NCBI GenBank assembly: GCA_963664405.1
Contig: OY761158.1
Span: 3,040,001-3,104,000 of the forward strand
Reading direction: 5' to 3'
Length of the DNA: 64,000 nt
Source: Thermoanaerobaculia bacterium
GTDB lineage: Bacteria > Acidobacteriota > Thermoanaerobaculia > Multivoradales > Multivoraceae
Within the stretch, counting starts at the first letter, position 1. The number at the start of each line of letters is the position of its first letter. Position numbers and translations under genes: made by a program. Under the pieces are notes generated by a model that was not told the origin of the DNA, did not search any database, and saw only the letters and a program-made list of their open reading frames with translations. Below are positions 10,254-19,618 of this stretch, in pieces.

Positions 10254-10837
10254 TCGTGATGGGCTTTCAGTACCGGGACGATGCAGAAAGACTGCGGGTG
10301 GCTTTGGAGAAACGCCTTCGGGAGTTTTCCCTGGAGCTCCACTCGGAGAAGACGCGGCTGATCGAATTCGGTCGGCTTCCAGCCCTGCGCCGACAGCGGC
10401 TCGGGCAGCGTCGCCCCTCGACCTTCGCCTTCCTGGGCCTCACGCACTACTGTGGGTGGACTCGGGATGGGCGATTCGTCTGCAAGCAAAGGACGCAGTC
10501 GACGCGATTGTCGCGGAAGCTGCGGGAGGTCAAGGTGGAAGCTCGGCGCCGGATGCATCGGCCGGTGGCGGAACAGCATCGCTGGCTTACCAGTGTGCTG
10601 CGAGGTCACTATCGGTACTACGGTCTGCCTGGCAACTCCAAAGCTCTGGCCTCGTTTCGCAACCAGGTGAGCCAGATCTGGTACCGGTCGCTTCGAAGAC
10701 GAAGCCAACGCGGCCTGCTCTGGCTCGCCTACAACGAGATCCTGCGCCGACTGCCACTCTTGCCAGCTCGTGTTGATGGCTGCGAGAAAGCGCATCCCGT
10801 TGGCTGCGAGCGCAGTTTCCGGGATGGAGTGAGCTGA
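10254..10837 (+). pseudogene. C-terminal half of a group II intron RT (class E-like); no DV/DVI downstream
   Basis: '(F)VMGFQYRDDAER...LHSEKTRLIEFGR...TFAFLGLTHYCG...LRGHYRYYG'. Confidence 0.85.
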
Positions 10838-10939
10838 GGGCTTCGCGACCGCGGGAGAGCTAGCCCTTCTTCAGGAGGGCGGCATCATCCCGCCGGAACG
10901 GCGGTCCGGGTGCGTGGTCCCGGCTCCGGTACCGTTTCC

Positions 10940-12408
10940 TCACTCGCCAATGGCGGTAGTGGACCAGCCAGCTTGGACACGGCTACGCCGGAGGACGACT
11001 TCGAACTGCTCGGGCGGCATCGGCTTGCCAAACAAGAAGCCTTGCCCCGCGTCGCAGCCCTTCTGCTGCAAGAACGCAAGCTGACTCTCGGTCTCGACAC
11101 CCTTGGCGATCACCTCCAGGCCTAGTTCTTTGGCGAGAACGATGGTCGCGTTGATGATGCTGCGCTGTCCGAATGCCCGGGTACTCCCGCAACGAGGGAG
11201 CCATCGATCTTCAGCGAGCTGAGAGGATAGCGAAGGAGGTTGCTGAGCGACGAATAGCCGGTACCAAAGTCGTCCATCATGAATCTCACCCCGGCCTTAC
11301 CGAGCTCGGCGAGATACTGAACCACTCGTTCCATCTGGCTGGCCGCGTCCTTCTCGTTGATCTCCAGGCGCAACCACTCGGGAGCAAGACCGCTGACCTC
11401 GAGGGCACGGGTGACGACCGGCACGAGGTTTCCGGCCTGAATCTGGCGCAGCGATACATTCACCGAAATGGGGACCGGGGGCAATCCCGCTCGTTGCCAC
11501 TCGGCGTTCTGGCGACATGCCTGGGCGATCACCCAAGCGCCGAGAGAGGGGATGAGCCCACATTCTTCTGCCAGCGGGATGAATGTCTCTGGCGCTATGG
11601 TGCCCTTTCTTGGATGTTCCCAGCGGGTCAGGACTTCAACCCCGATCACCTGCCCATCGGTCAGGGCGACCTGCGGCTGGAAGTGGAGACAGAGCTCGTC
11701 CCGATTGAACGCGCCACGGAGATCCTGCTCGAGACCCCTTCGAAACTGCGCCCACTCCTTCATCGACGGGTCGAAGACTTGTAGGCTGTTGCTACGCTCT
11801 CTCTTCGCTCGATACAGCGCGGCGTCAGCGTTTCTCATCAGCTGAACAGGCAGCGGAACCCTCTTCCTCCACCCAAGTCCGCCGCGCACGCGGAGCAGTT
11901 GCTGGTGGTCGGGGTCGATCTCGAGACCTCGGTCAAGAGCCTCTATGGCAAGCCTCCGCTGCTCGGCTAGTAGATGAGTCCGCGCCAGATTGAGGTAGTT
12001 CTCAGGCTCTGACGGCTCAGCCCGAAGGGCACGTTGGCAGAGTGCGAGGCCCTCGGATTGCTTTCCTTCGAGAGACGCGATCCCGTAACCCAGATACGAC
12101 CAGGCGAGTGTTGGCGGACCTGGCGCAATCGGCGGGCTGTTAGCTGGGGCCCGCGCGCTTTCTAGCGTATAGGAAGGCAACCGGCGGTGGGCTTTCGCGC
12201 CGAACTTGTTGACGGAGAAGAGCAGGTTGGGGAGCCCCTCCTTCCACATCCCCGTGCGGCAGAGATTGATGCCGTGCCAGGCGAGGTCAATCAGGTCCTG
12301 CGTGCCGGAATCAATGCTAGGTGCACTCGCACTTCGTAGGTCTTGAACGACCCTCGCTCTGATCAACCTGTTCATGACTGGAACCTGGGCTATGGAACTA
12401 GAGCACAT
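10940..12408 (-). pseudogene. TPR protein fused to a GGDEF tail plus EAL domain, frameshifted near 11160
   Basis: TPR 'YLNLARTHL...ALDRGLEIDPDH'; 'NADAALYRAK'; 'EVLTRW', '[10 protein letters not shown]'. The shifted frame continues '[23 protein letters not shown]...QGFLFGKP' to TGA at 10940. Confidence 0.82.
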
Positions 12409-12896
12409 CTCCGTCAGGCTATCGTCAGGGGATCTCTCCCTCGGCCCCGAGTTCTACACCCTTCCGCAGGAGCGATGTTTGCCCGGCGTACCGCCGTCGC
12501 TCTCCACGATGAACGGTCGGTTGCGGCCAGCCTCCACGTTCGATGGAAGCAGCAGCTTGGTGGCGTGCCTCCGCCGCCGCGCCCCTTCATGTTGGCGTTC
12601 GGCAGTCGCGAAACCAAGGACCCACGAGGCCGTATCAAGGGTCGAATAGGCTCGCAAGTGAAACATCCGATGTGTGGGGAGACAGATCGATGAAGAAGAG
12701 ACTGCATCTTTCGTATGAGACCCTGACCCTGATCGTTCTTGCCGGCGCGGCGGCACTCTTGGCCAGCCCGATCTCTGCGGCTGCCGCCGACGTCGAGCAG
12801 CCCACCTATGTCGAGCACATAGCTCCCCTTCTCCACGCCAACTGTGTCTCCTGCCATCGGCCCGGAGAGATCGCGCCGATGTCTCTACGCACCTAT

Positions 12897-14411
12897 CCCC
12901 AATTCGCGAATAAATCAGGCGGCTCGGAGGGCTTTAGCGACTCTTTGGAAGTCTTGTTGAGCGGCGGCTGAAGTGCCGAGGTCGAGGGTGATTCGGCCAG
13001 CAGGGTGAAGGAGGACGCCGGCTCGGCCGAGGAGTTTGAATCGCAGGGTGTGGATGGTTTCGAAGCGATGCAGAGTTCTCCGTTTGCGAGTCCGTGAGCG
13101 GGGCTGCGGGCGTGCCGCGACCTGAAACGACCGGGCGAGGTTGAAGGCGAGGACGCTGAGCACTTGCCAGGCAGCATTGGCCGCTGCCTTGAGACTGGGG
13201 ACACAGTTGAACGCGAAGCCGTTGCGTAACTCAGCGTAGGCCTTCTCGTGGGTCCCTCGACCGTTGAGGAAGTGCCACAGATTCCGGCCGTTCAGCTGTT
13301 TGTTGGTGGTGATCGCCGAGTACTCGTAGTGGCCGTCGTCGGGGTCGAACAGGTCGAGCTGGAAGTTCTTGCGCGTCTCGTGAGCCACCCGCTTGCGGTA
13401 GAGCACGATGCGGCGCACCTGGTTCCAGGCGGCCACCCGAGTGCGGGTCTCACAAAAGCTCACCGTGTCGTCGATGCGGATCCACTTCGCAGCCTGAGCC
13501 ACCGCCGCCTTCAGGTGCAGCCAGGGGTAGAACGGGACCTTGATCGCGTACTCCGCCCTCGCCGAGTCCAGGAACTCCAAGACATCCCGGCGAAAGAACG
13601 CCCCGTCCATGCGGAACTCCAGGCGTACGCCACGATCGACCGTGGCGCGAATCTGGTCGAGAAGCGCTGAGAGAAAGTTAAGAGACGCTTTTCCATCGTG
13701 CACGTTGCCTGGGCGGTTCTCGACCCGCAGGATCTGACCCGACTGCGCCTCGTAGGCGGTGATCGGGTAGTAGCTCGGAACCTTCCGGTGGTGAGGGTTG
13801 AAGCCACGCTTCGCTCCTTCGACCGTCTGTCCGGTCGACACCACCGAGCCGTCGACATCGATCGTCAAACGCGCCAGTCTCGCCTTCTGAAGAGCCTCGC
13901 CCACCACCTCAGAGTTCAGCCGCACCAAACGCGCCACGTGACTCTCAGACAGTTGCGCCAGCCACCCGCTCACGGTCCTCGGCGACGGCAGTCGGCGGAG
14001 TCCGGCGAACCGGGCCAAGATCGGATCCGACTGCACGTAGCGAAGGTGCCAGATCCGTCGACCGCCGACCATCAGAAGGCCAAGCAGCACAAGGAGCATC
14101 GGAACGGTGCCGAAGTCGCTTCTCGGGAACGACCTTCCGACCCACCGCCGAAGCCGCTCGCGAAACCTCCGCCTCTGAAGGAAGTCCCGGAACAGCTCCA
14201 ATCCGGCCTGCGAAGTAACTTGCTGCAGGCCGCACCGGTACTCGACCCGACCGTTGACCCGACCCCTGAGATCTGCTCTGCTTAACCGCACTGAGAGTGC
14301 CCTTTCGTTGTGGTGACTTCTTTCGGCTTTGACACCCGAAGTACACCACAGCGGAGGGCCCTTTCGCTTCTTAGACCACCAGATCAGACCGCTCTTTTTC
14401 GCGAATTGGGG
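12897..14411 (-). mobile_element. IS1380-family insertion sequence, complete (1515 bp)
   Basis: Terminal IRs CCCCAATTCGCGAA / TTCGCGAATTGGGG; 4-bp target duplication CTAT at 12893-12896 and 14412-14415. Confidence 0.93.
12915..14291 (-). CDS. IS1380-family DDE transposase
   Basis: 'VTSQAGL', 'TIDVDGSV', 'FRMDGAFF', 'RGTHEKAYAELRNG'. Confidence 0.92.
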   Translation of the reverse strand: MRLSRADLRGRVNGRVEYRCGLQQVTSQAGLELFRDFLQRRRFRERLRRWVGRSFPRSDFGTVPMLLVLLGLLMVGGRRIWHLRYVQSDPILARFAGLRRLPSPRTVSGWLAQLSESHVARLVRLNSEVVGEALQKARLARLTIDVDGSVVSTGQTVEGAKRGFNPHHRKVPSYYPITAYEAQSGQILRVENRPGNVHDGKASLNFLSALLDQIRATVDRGVRLEFRMDGAFFRRDVLEFLDSARAEYAIKVPFYPWLHLKAAVAQAAKWIRIDDTVSFCETRTRVAAWNQVRRIVLYRKRVAHETRKNFQLDLFDPDDGHYEYSAITTNKQLNGRNLWHFLNGRGTHEKAYAELRNGFAFNCVPSLKAAANAAWQVLSVLAFNLARSFQVAARPQPRSRTRKRRTLHRFETIHTLRFKLLGRAGVLLHPAGRITLDLGTSAAAQQDFQRVAKALRAA

Positions 14412-14519
14412 CTATGACGAGGTGCGGCCCTGGGCTCGGTCGATCGGCAAGAGTGTTCGCCAGCGCGACATGCCGCCCTGGGACGCCGATGAAGGGTACG
14501 GGCCCTTCACCAACGACAC

Positions 14520-15010
14520 CAGCCTCCGCATCGAGACGACCGCGCACCACCAGCATGCCGTCGTCGTCGAAGTAGGCCTCGAGCGACCGGCTGGCATGTC
14601 GGCGCCGCTCTTCTTCCTGGTCCTCCAGGCGATCGACCCGTCGCCACGCTCGCACCAGCCTCTCGACATGCGCAGCGCTCCCGCAGCGAGCAAACGCGAG
14701 GAGCTCCTCTTCATTCTCTGGCGTCGCCACTCGGGTGAGCGCGCGAATCTTCGAGTACGACAACTCGCCTCGGCTCATCGACTCACTCAAGAGCGGCAGC
14801 TCGCCCAGAGCATGAGCAACCCGAACCTTCTCGCGTGCCGCGCCGAGAACCAGGCCGGTGCGCTAGTTGAGCCAGTGGGCGCAGGAGGCGAAGCCAACGT
14901 TCCAGCCGCCACGTTCGTCGAATTGGCGGATCAGAGTGAGGAGGCAGTAATTGGCAGCCTGAATACGAGCCGAGCTCGGCGATTTCTTCACCGAGTCTTT
15001 CGACCTGGCC
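14520..15010 (-). pseudogene. DUF222 (HNH-associated) protein fragment
   Basis: 'LGEEIAEL...FDERGGW...SCAHWLN*RTG...AREKVRVAHAL...GELSYSKIRALTRVATPENEEELL'; frameshift and stop; no HNH part. Confidence 0.75.
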
Positions 15011-15060
15011 GTCGAGAAGCGGCGGACCGGGGTTGGGAGAAAGCTCCGAGGGTTCTTGTC

Positions 15061-15210
15061 TCATTGCCTGTCGAGCCAGCGTGGCGGCTTCGGCGTGCCC
15101 TCCGGTGGCGGCGACTCGTCTCCACACTCCCGATCGGGGCGATACGTGCCCCTCAATTTCTTGACGGCGGTCGGCGTCTTGCGCCGCCCAGAGCGTGAAT
15201 TACCTGTCAT
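15061..15210 (-). pseudogene. Phage terminase small subunit (P27-like), N-terminal remnant
   Basis: Not in the ORF track: GGAGG RBS, then MTGNSRSGRRKTPTAVKKLRGTYRPDRECGDESPPPEGTPKPPRWLDRQ*. Confidence 0.65.
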
Positions 15211-15542
15211 TTAAAACCTCCATTTTTTGACGGGGGACAGAGAGTGGGCGTGGTCGCATTGCCGGGAGATCGAGACTCCAGGGGTTGGATAGGCCCCCCT
15301 AGGCCTGGAGTCCATAGACGACGGGCCCATTGCCAGCCGTCACGCTCGATCCCTCGCGCAAAACGGCGGCAGAGGAACCGGGGGCGGAGGGGGGGCTCCG
15401 CGGCGGCTCCCTGCCGCTCGGGGGCCGGGATGGGTCCGGCCCAAAAGCCTGGTCTGATCATACTCCTTCGGCATCGTTAGGGACGGTCTGGGGCTTCTTC
15501 GTTCACGCCGCGCCCGCCACAGGCCGCCCGTAGACGCCTCCT

Positions 15543-15875
15543 CTAGCGTACTTCCAGTAGGGAGAGGAGAACGGCTCGGTCCTGACGGGAAAGGCTCGTG
15601 AACTCGGCTCCGATTTCGAGGAGACCACCCTCGGCGAGCTCGACGTGAACCACTCGCGCCTCGGCTTGAATCAGCTCCTCGCGAGCGCCAATCTCGAGCT
15701 CCAAAAGGTCGCCCTCCTCCAGCCCTGTACTGACTTTAAAGCGGACGCCAGACCGGCTGAGATCGAGGGTTCTACCCATCGCGATCGATGTTTTTCGGCG
15801 CTCGCGCCTGGTATAGGCAACGAGCCTGATGGAGCGGACGCGAGGCGTCCTCCTGCGGTTCTGATCGCTTGGCAT
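15543..15875 (-). CDS. Single-domain PilZ protein (c-di-GMP receptor)
   Basis: RxxxR 'RRTPR' and DxSxxG 'DLSRSG'. Confidence 0.85.
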   Translation of the reverse strand: MPSDQNRRRTPRVRSIRLVAYTRRERRKTSIAMGRTLDLSRSGVRFKVSTGLEEGDLLELEIGAREELIQAEARVVHVELAEGGLLEIGAEFTSLSRQDRAVLLSLLEVR

Positions 15876-16262
15876 CTGTGCCACCGGCACGGGTAGTTTA
15901 CGAGGCTCAGTGTACTCCTGCGCCACCCTGATCGTCCCCCAGTTCCACCCGCGGCGCGCCGATACGCAGGCAGTCCGGCGTAGGGCCACACAGAGGTGCC
16001 TAGAGCGCCCTAACACGGCCAGGGCGGGGGTGTGTATGCACCTAAGAAACGATCGGCCCCTGTAGGCGCAACTAGAGCGTAACTAAGTAGCTCTCGCCAC
16101 CTTCTTCTTCCGCACCAGCTCGACATAGCCCGCGCCTCAGCCTTCCGCTTGAAGGCTTCCACGCACGGGTCAACCTGGTAGAAGGCATCTTCAAGACCGA
16201 GATCTTCAGCGCGGTCCATAATAGCTAACGTACCGTGCCGGGGCTCATACCCAGCTTCGCCG

Positions 16263-16922
16263 CTATCTCGTCGAATCGAGGTAGGGCCGCAGTCGGTCGA
16301 GCACTTGCTCCGGCTCGGCGACAGCTACGGCTATGCCTGCCGGTTGGTCGCCCGGCGCCTGCCCAGCGGGGATTCTTTGCACCACCACGGCCGCCGCTCG
16401 AATCGGTTCGGCATCGTCCGGTGGCTGGAACTCCAGCGTGATCTCCGTGTTCAAAGGCGGGGGACTCTCGGTGGGAATGAAGAATCCTCCGAGCTCGATC
16501 TCGCTGGCGGAGACCTCCAGGAGGACGCGGTCCTCGTCGAGGGCGATGTGGTAGACGCCTTCCTCCTCGACCACCCCGTACTTCGCCTCCTCTCCTTGCT
16601 CGCCGAGTCTGGCCACCAACTCCTCAGGCGTCTGGAAGCGTACGCCCATACCCGAAGGGCCCAAGCGCCGTAGGTCCGGAGCGACCCATACGCGACGGGT
16701 CACGACGGCCTCGAAAGTCAACGGGTTCTTCCCGTGCATCACTTCCATGCGCATCTCGGTGCCGCGCCTGTAGGGGTAGGGCGTGACGATGAAGGCTCCG
16801 GTAGACGAGATGTCGTTGGTAAAGCCGTATCGGCCCTGCGAGGAGTCCCCCCCGACCCAGTAACGCACCTTAGATCGTCGCGAAATGCGGCGTGCTACGC
16901 GGCGCTCGGATGTCCTCTGCAT
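16263..16922 (-). CDS. Tandem PilZ-domain protein
   Basis: 'ERRVARR', 'DISSTG', 'GMGVRF'; second degenerate PilZ 'GGFFIPTESPPPLNTEITLEF'. Confidence 0.82.
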   Translation of the reverse strand: MQRTSERRVARRISRRSKVRYWVGGDSSQGRYGFTNDISSTGAFIVTPYPYRRGTEMRMEVMHGKNPLTFEAVVTRRVWVAPDLRRLGPSGMGVRFQTPEELVARLGEQGEEAKYGVVEEEGVYHIALDEDRVLLEVSASEIELGGFFIPTESPPPLNTEITLEFQPPDDAEPIRAAAVVVQRIPAGQAPGDQPAGIAVAVAEPEQVLDRLRPYLDSTR

Positions 16923-17056
16923 TCGCCTCTCTCCTCTGCTTTCCTAGTCGCGACGAGACTCGGCTTCCGCTCTAGAAAGGTGCTCCTCGCACCCCATTAT
17001 AGCTGAGAGGCTATTTGTTGGCCACGGGAGGCTCACGAAGAGCGAGCCCTTTGTGC

Positions 17057-17252
17057 GGCATTGTCAGGTTGAGGCGGTCGCGGTCAGACTGGACCGATGA
17101 AGAGCGACAAACCCAGCTACTGCGGCCATCGGTTCCCACGCGAGATCATCAGCCACGCCGTCTGGCTGTACCATCGGTTCTGCCTGAGCTTCCGCGACGT
17201 CGAGGATCTCTTGGCGGAGCGCGGAATCGATGTCTCCTATGAGGCCATCCGT
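17057..17252 (+). mobile_element. IS6-family remnant (left IR plus transposase N-terminus)
   Basis: IR-like GGCATTGTCAGGTTGAG; ATG at 17097 gives 'GHRFPREIISHAVWLYHRFCLSFRDVEDLLAERGIDVSYEAIR'. Confidence 0.85.
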
Positions 17253-17254
17253 CC

Positions 17255-17551
17255 ATGGACGAGCTGGAAATCTTAGACCCCGAGGTGCTCGTCATCGTCA
17301 CTTGTCTTGCGGTAAAGAAGGGCGGCGACTGGTACGCTTGTGCGATAAATTTCAAACTCGTCCAGACTGTCGAAGTCCCCCGTTTTGACGAAGGAGGGGT
17401 TCCGTTCTTCGGGCTCCAAAGCGCGGCCATCTGGGAAATGCACGCCATTACATTCGACGAAGACACCAGAAGAGGGGCTCGCTCGCAGATCGGCGATATG
17501 ACCGATCTTCTAATCAACGATTGGCTCGCGGCCAACACGGTGTCCCGATGA
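17255..17551 (+). CDS. Hypothetical protein (possibly a fragment)
   Basis: 98-aa ORF with protein-like composition between IS remnants; no motif recognised. Confidence 0.4.
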   Translation: MDELEILDPEVLVIVTCLAVKKGGDWYACAINFKLVQTVEVPRFDEGGVPFFGLQSAAIWEMHAITFDEDTRRGARSQIGDMTDLLINDWLAANTVSR

Positions 17552-17563
17552 AGTATCCGAAGC

Positions 17564-18598
17564 TAGTACACCGGGACGGAAGTTCTGGAACGTATTATTT
17601 CAAGCTGCATGAGCGAAAGAGGGACACCGTTGGAGGAGGCGTACGAGGTCGTCGCGGGTGAAGCTCCACTGGAAGGGCTGCGCGATCTTCTGGTAGTGGT
17701 CTTGGAAGTCGAGGATGCGCTGGGTGATCTGGTGACAGGAGGCGAAGTCGTCGGGGGTGAGGGCCTTGCGTTGCAGGACGGAGAAGTAGATTTCGATTTG
17801 GTTCAGCCAGCTGGCGTGCACTGGCAGGTGAACCAGGATGAGCCTGGGCCACTGGCGGCGGAGTCTGTCAATGGCGCGCTGGCCTCGGTGGACGGTGCCG
17901 TTGTCGACAACCCAGAAGACCCGCTTCGCCGAGCGGTAGGGCTTGACGCTCATGACCGAGGCGACGAGAGCATCGAAACAGTCGATGGTGGATCGTTCAA
18001 CGACGTGGCCGAAGAGGCGGGCGCGATGGACATCCCAGGCGGCCTGGTACGCGCAGGTGCCGCGTCGACGGTACTCGTGCTCGACGCGGAGGGCACGGCG
18101 AGGGGCGGTCGGGCGAATCGGATGGCGCCGCTGGCGGATCTGAAGTCCCGCCTTCTCATCGGCGGAGAGGACGAAATCCCCTTCCTTGAGGGGCTTGTCT
18201 TCCCAATGACCGTCGTACAGATCCAGGACCCGACCGGCCTTGCGGGCGAAATCGGGATCGCGAGGAAAGATCCAGCTCCGGTAACTCCAGGGTCGAATGG
18301 CGTCTTGCGAGAGCCAGCGCCAGATAGTCGTGCCCGAGATCTCGGCGACGATGCCCTGGTCGAGGACATGGCGACGCAGCTCGCTGCGGCTGAACCGCGA
18401 CAAAGGAAGTCCCTCCGTGGCGGGGAGCTGGCAGGCCAGGGCTTTGACCTCAGCAATGATCGCCGGGGGGGAAATCGGAGGGGCGTCCTCCGCGGGGTCG
18501 ATCCTCTAGCCCCGCGAGTCGCCGATAGAAGAACCGTTTTCGCCACTTCGAGACCTTTGGCCGCGTGAGCTGAAGGGTGGCCGCGATGTCCTTGTTTT
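17564..18598 (-). mobile_element. IS630-family element, 5'-truncated by IS3; two-frame transposase
   Basis: HTH 'KVSKWRKRF...EDRPRGGRP'; slippery TTTCCCCCCC near 18465-18474; DDE part 'SADEK', 'VVDNGTVH', 'HASWLNQIEIYFS'; TA at the end. Confidence 0.88.
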
Positions 18599-19615
18599 TG
18601 GAGCTACCCCGATTTGGTGGACACCGCTGAAAGTCCGAGAATGGACTTGGAGGTGTTCAGGAGATGGGTCAGTCACGGAGAAGATTCAGCGAGGAGTTCA
18701 AGCGCGAGGCGGTCCGCCTGGCTTACGGGACGGGGCGTTCGGTCGTCGAGGTGGCTCGGGAGTTGGATGTGCGTGCGGAGCAGATTCGTCGTTGGCGCAA
18801 GCATTTCGAGCACCGGGAGTCGTTGGGATCGGAGCCCGATCCCGCGGAGGAGGTCAAGCGCCTTCGTCGCGAGCTGGCTCGGGTGAAGCAGGAGCATGCG
18901 ATCCTAAAAAAAGCCTTGGCGATCTTCTCGGAGACGCAGCGATGCGTCTGAGTGTGGCGCAGCGTGTCGCGGTGTCGTTTCCGGTGGCGCAGGTATGTAG
19001 CGTCCTGGGAGTGTCCCGCAGCGGCTACTACGCACGTCTCGGGCGCGGTGAATCGGCCCGTGTGCGAGAAGATCGCCGACTCAAGCAGCAGATTCTGGCG
19101 GTGCATGTGGAGGCACGGCAGCGCTACGGGACGCCTCGTGTCGAGCGCGCGCTGCGCCGGTCGGGGACGCGGACGTCTCGCAAGCGCGTGGCGCGTTTGC
19201 GTCGTGAACTGGGATTGCGCACCCGCGACTCCCGCCGCTTCCGCGTGACGACCGATTCCGACCATCGCAAGCCAATCGCACCGAATCGCTTGCAGCGCAG
19301 CTTCACGTCCCGTGCTCGAGATCGCATCTGGGTCGGCGACATCACCTATCTGCGTGCCGGTGCGAGCTGGCTGTATCTCGCCGTGCTTCTGGACGTCTAT
19401 TCCCGCCGAGTGGTGGGATGGAGCCTCTCGAGCCGCATCGACGAGGGGCTTGTCCGCAAGGCCTTGGATCGAGCCCTAGCCGCTCGTCGGCCGGCCCGAG
19501 GCTGGATCCATCATACCGACCGAGGCGGCCAATACTGCGCGGACGACTACCGCGAGCGGGTCGACAAACTCGGAGGGGTCGCGAGCATGAGTCGCAAAGG
19601 CGATTGCTGGGACAA
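18599..19615 (+). mobile_element. IS3-family element, left part (IRL, orfA, orfB truncated at 'GDCWD')
   Basis: IRL TGGAGCTACCCCGATTTGGTGGACACC; A7G -1 frameshift motif at 18906-18913; orfB 'WVGDITY', 'HHTDRGGQY', 'SMSRKGDCWD'. Confidence 0.92.
18664..18951 (+). CDS. IS3 OrfA (HTH)
   Basis: 'RRRFSEEFKREAVRL...VARELDV...ILKKA'. Confidence 0.9.
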   Translation: MGQSRRRFSEEFKREAVRLAYGTGRSVVEVARELDVRAEQIRRWRKHFEHRESLGSEPDPAEEVKRLRRELARVKQEHAILKKALAIFSETQRCV

Positions 19616-19618
19616 GGG

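Larger units (their letters stand above)
12690..14525 (+). pseudogene. Secreted c-type cytochrome (CxxCH) gene split by IS1380 and truncated
   Basis: Signal peptide and 'IAPLLHANCVSCHRPGEIAPMSLRTY' | IS | 'DEVRPWARSI...RDMPPWDADEGYGPFTND'. Confidence 0.85.

Noticed and set aside
10771-10825. Possible IS21-type end (TGTTGA... with TGGCTGCGAG twice) where the RT fragment loses similarity
   Set aside because: No partner end or adjoining transposase found; too weak to call
7618-10837. RT genes as a DGR, retron or CRISPR-associated RT
   Set aside because: They have group II intron ends, DV/DVI and maturase X domains; no TR/VR pair, msr-msd or array was seen
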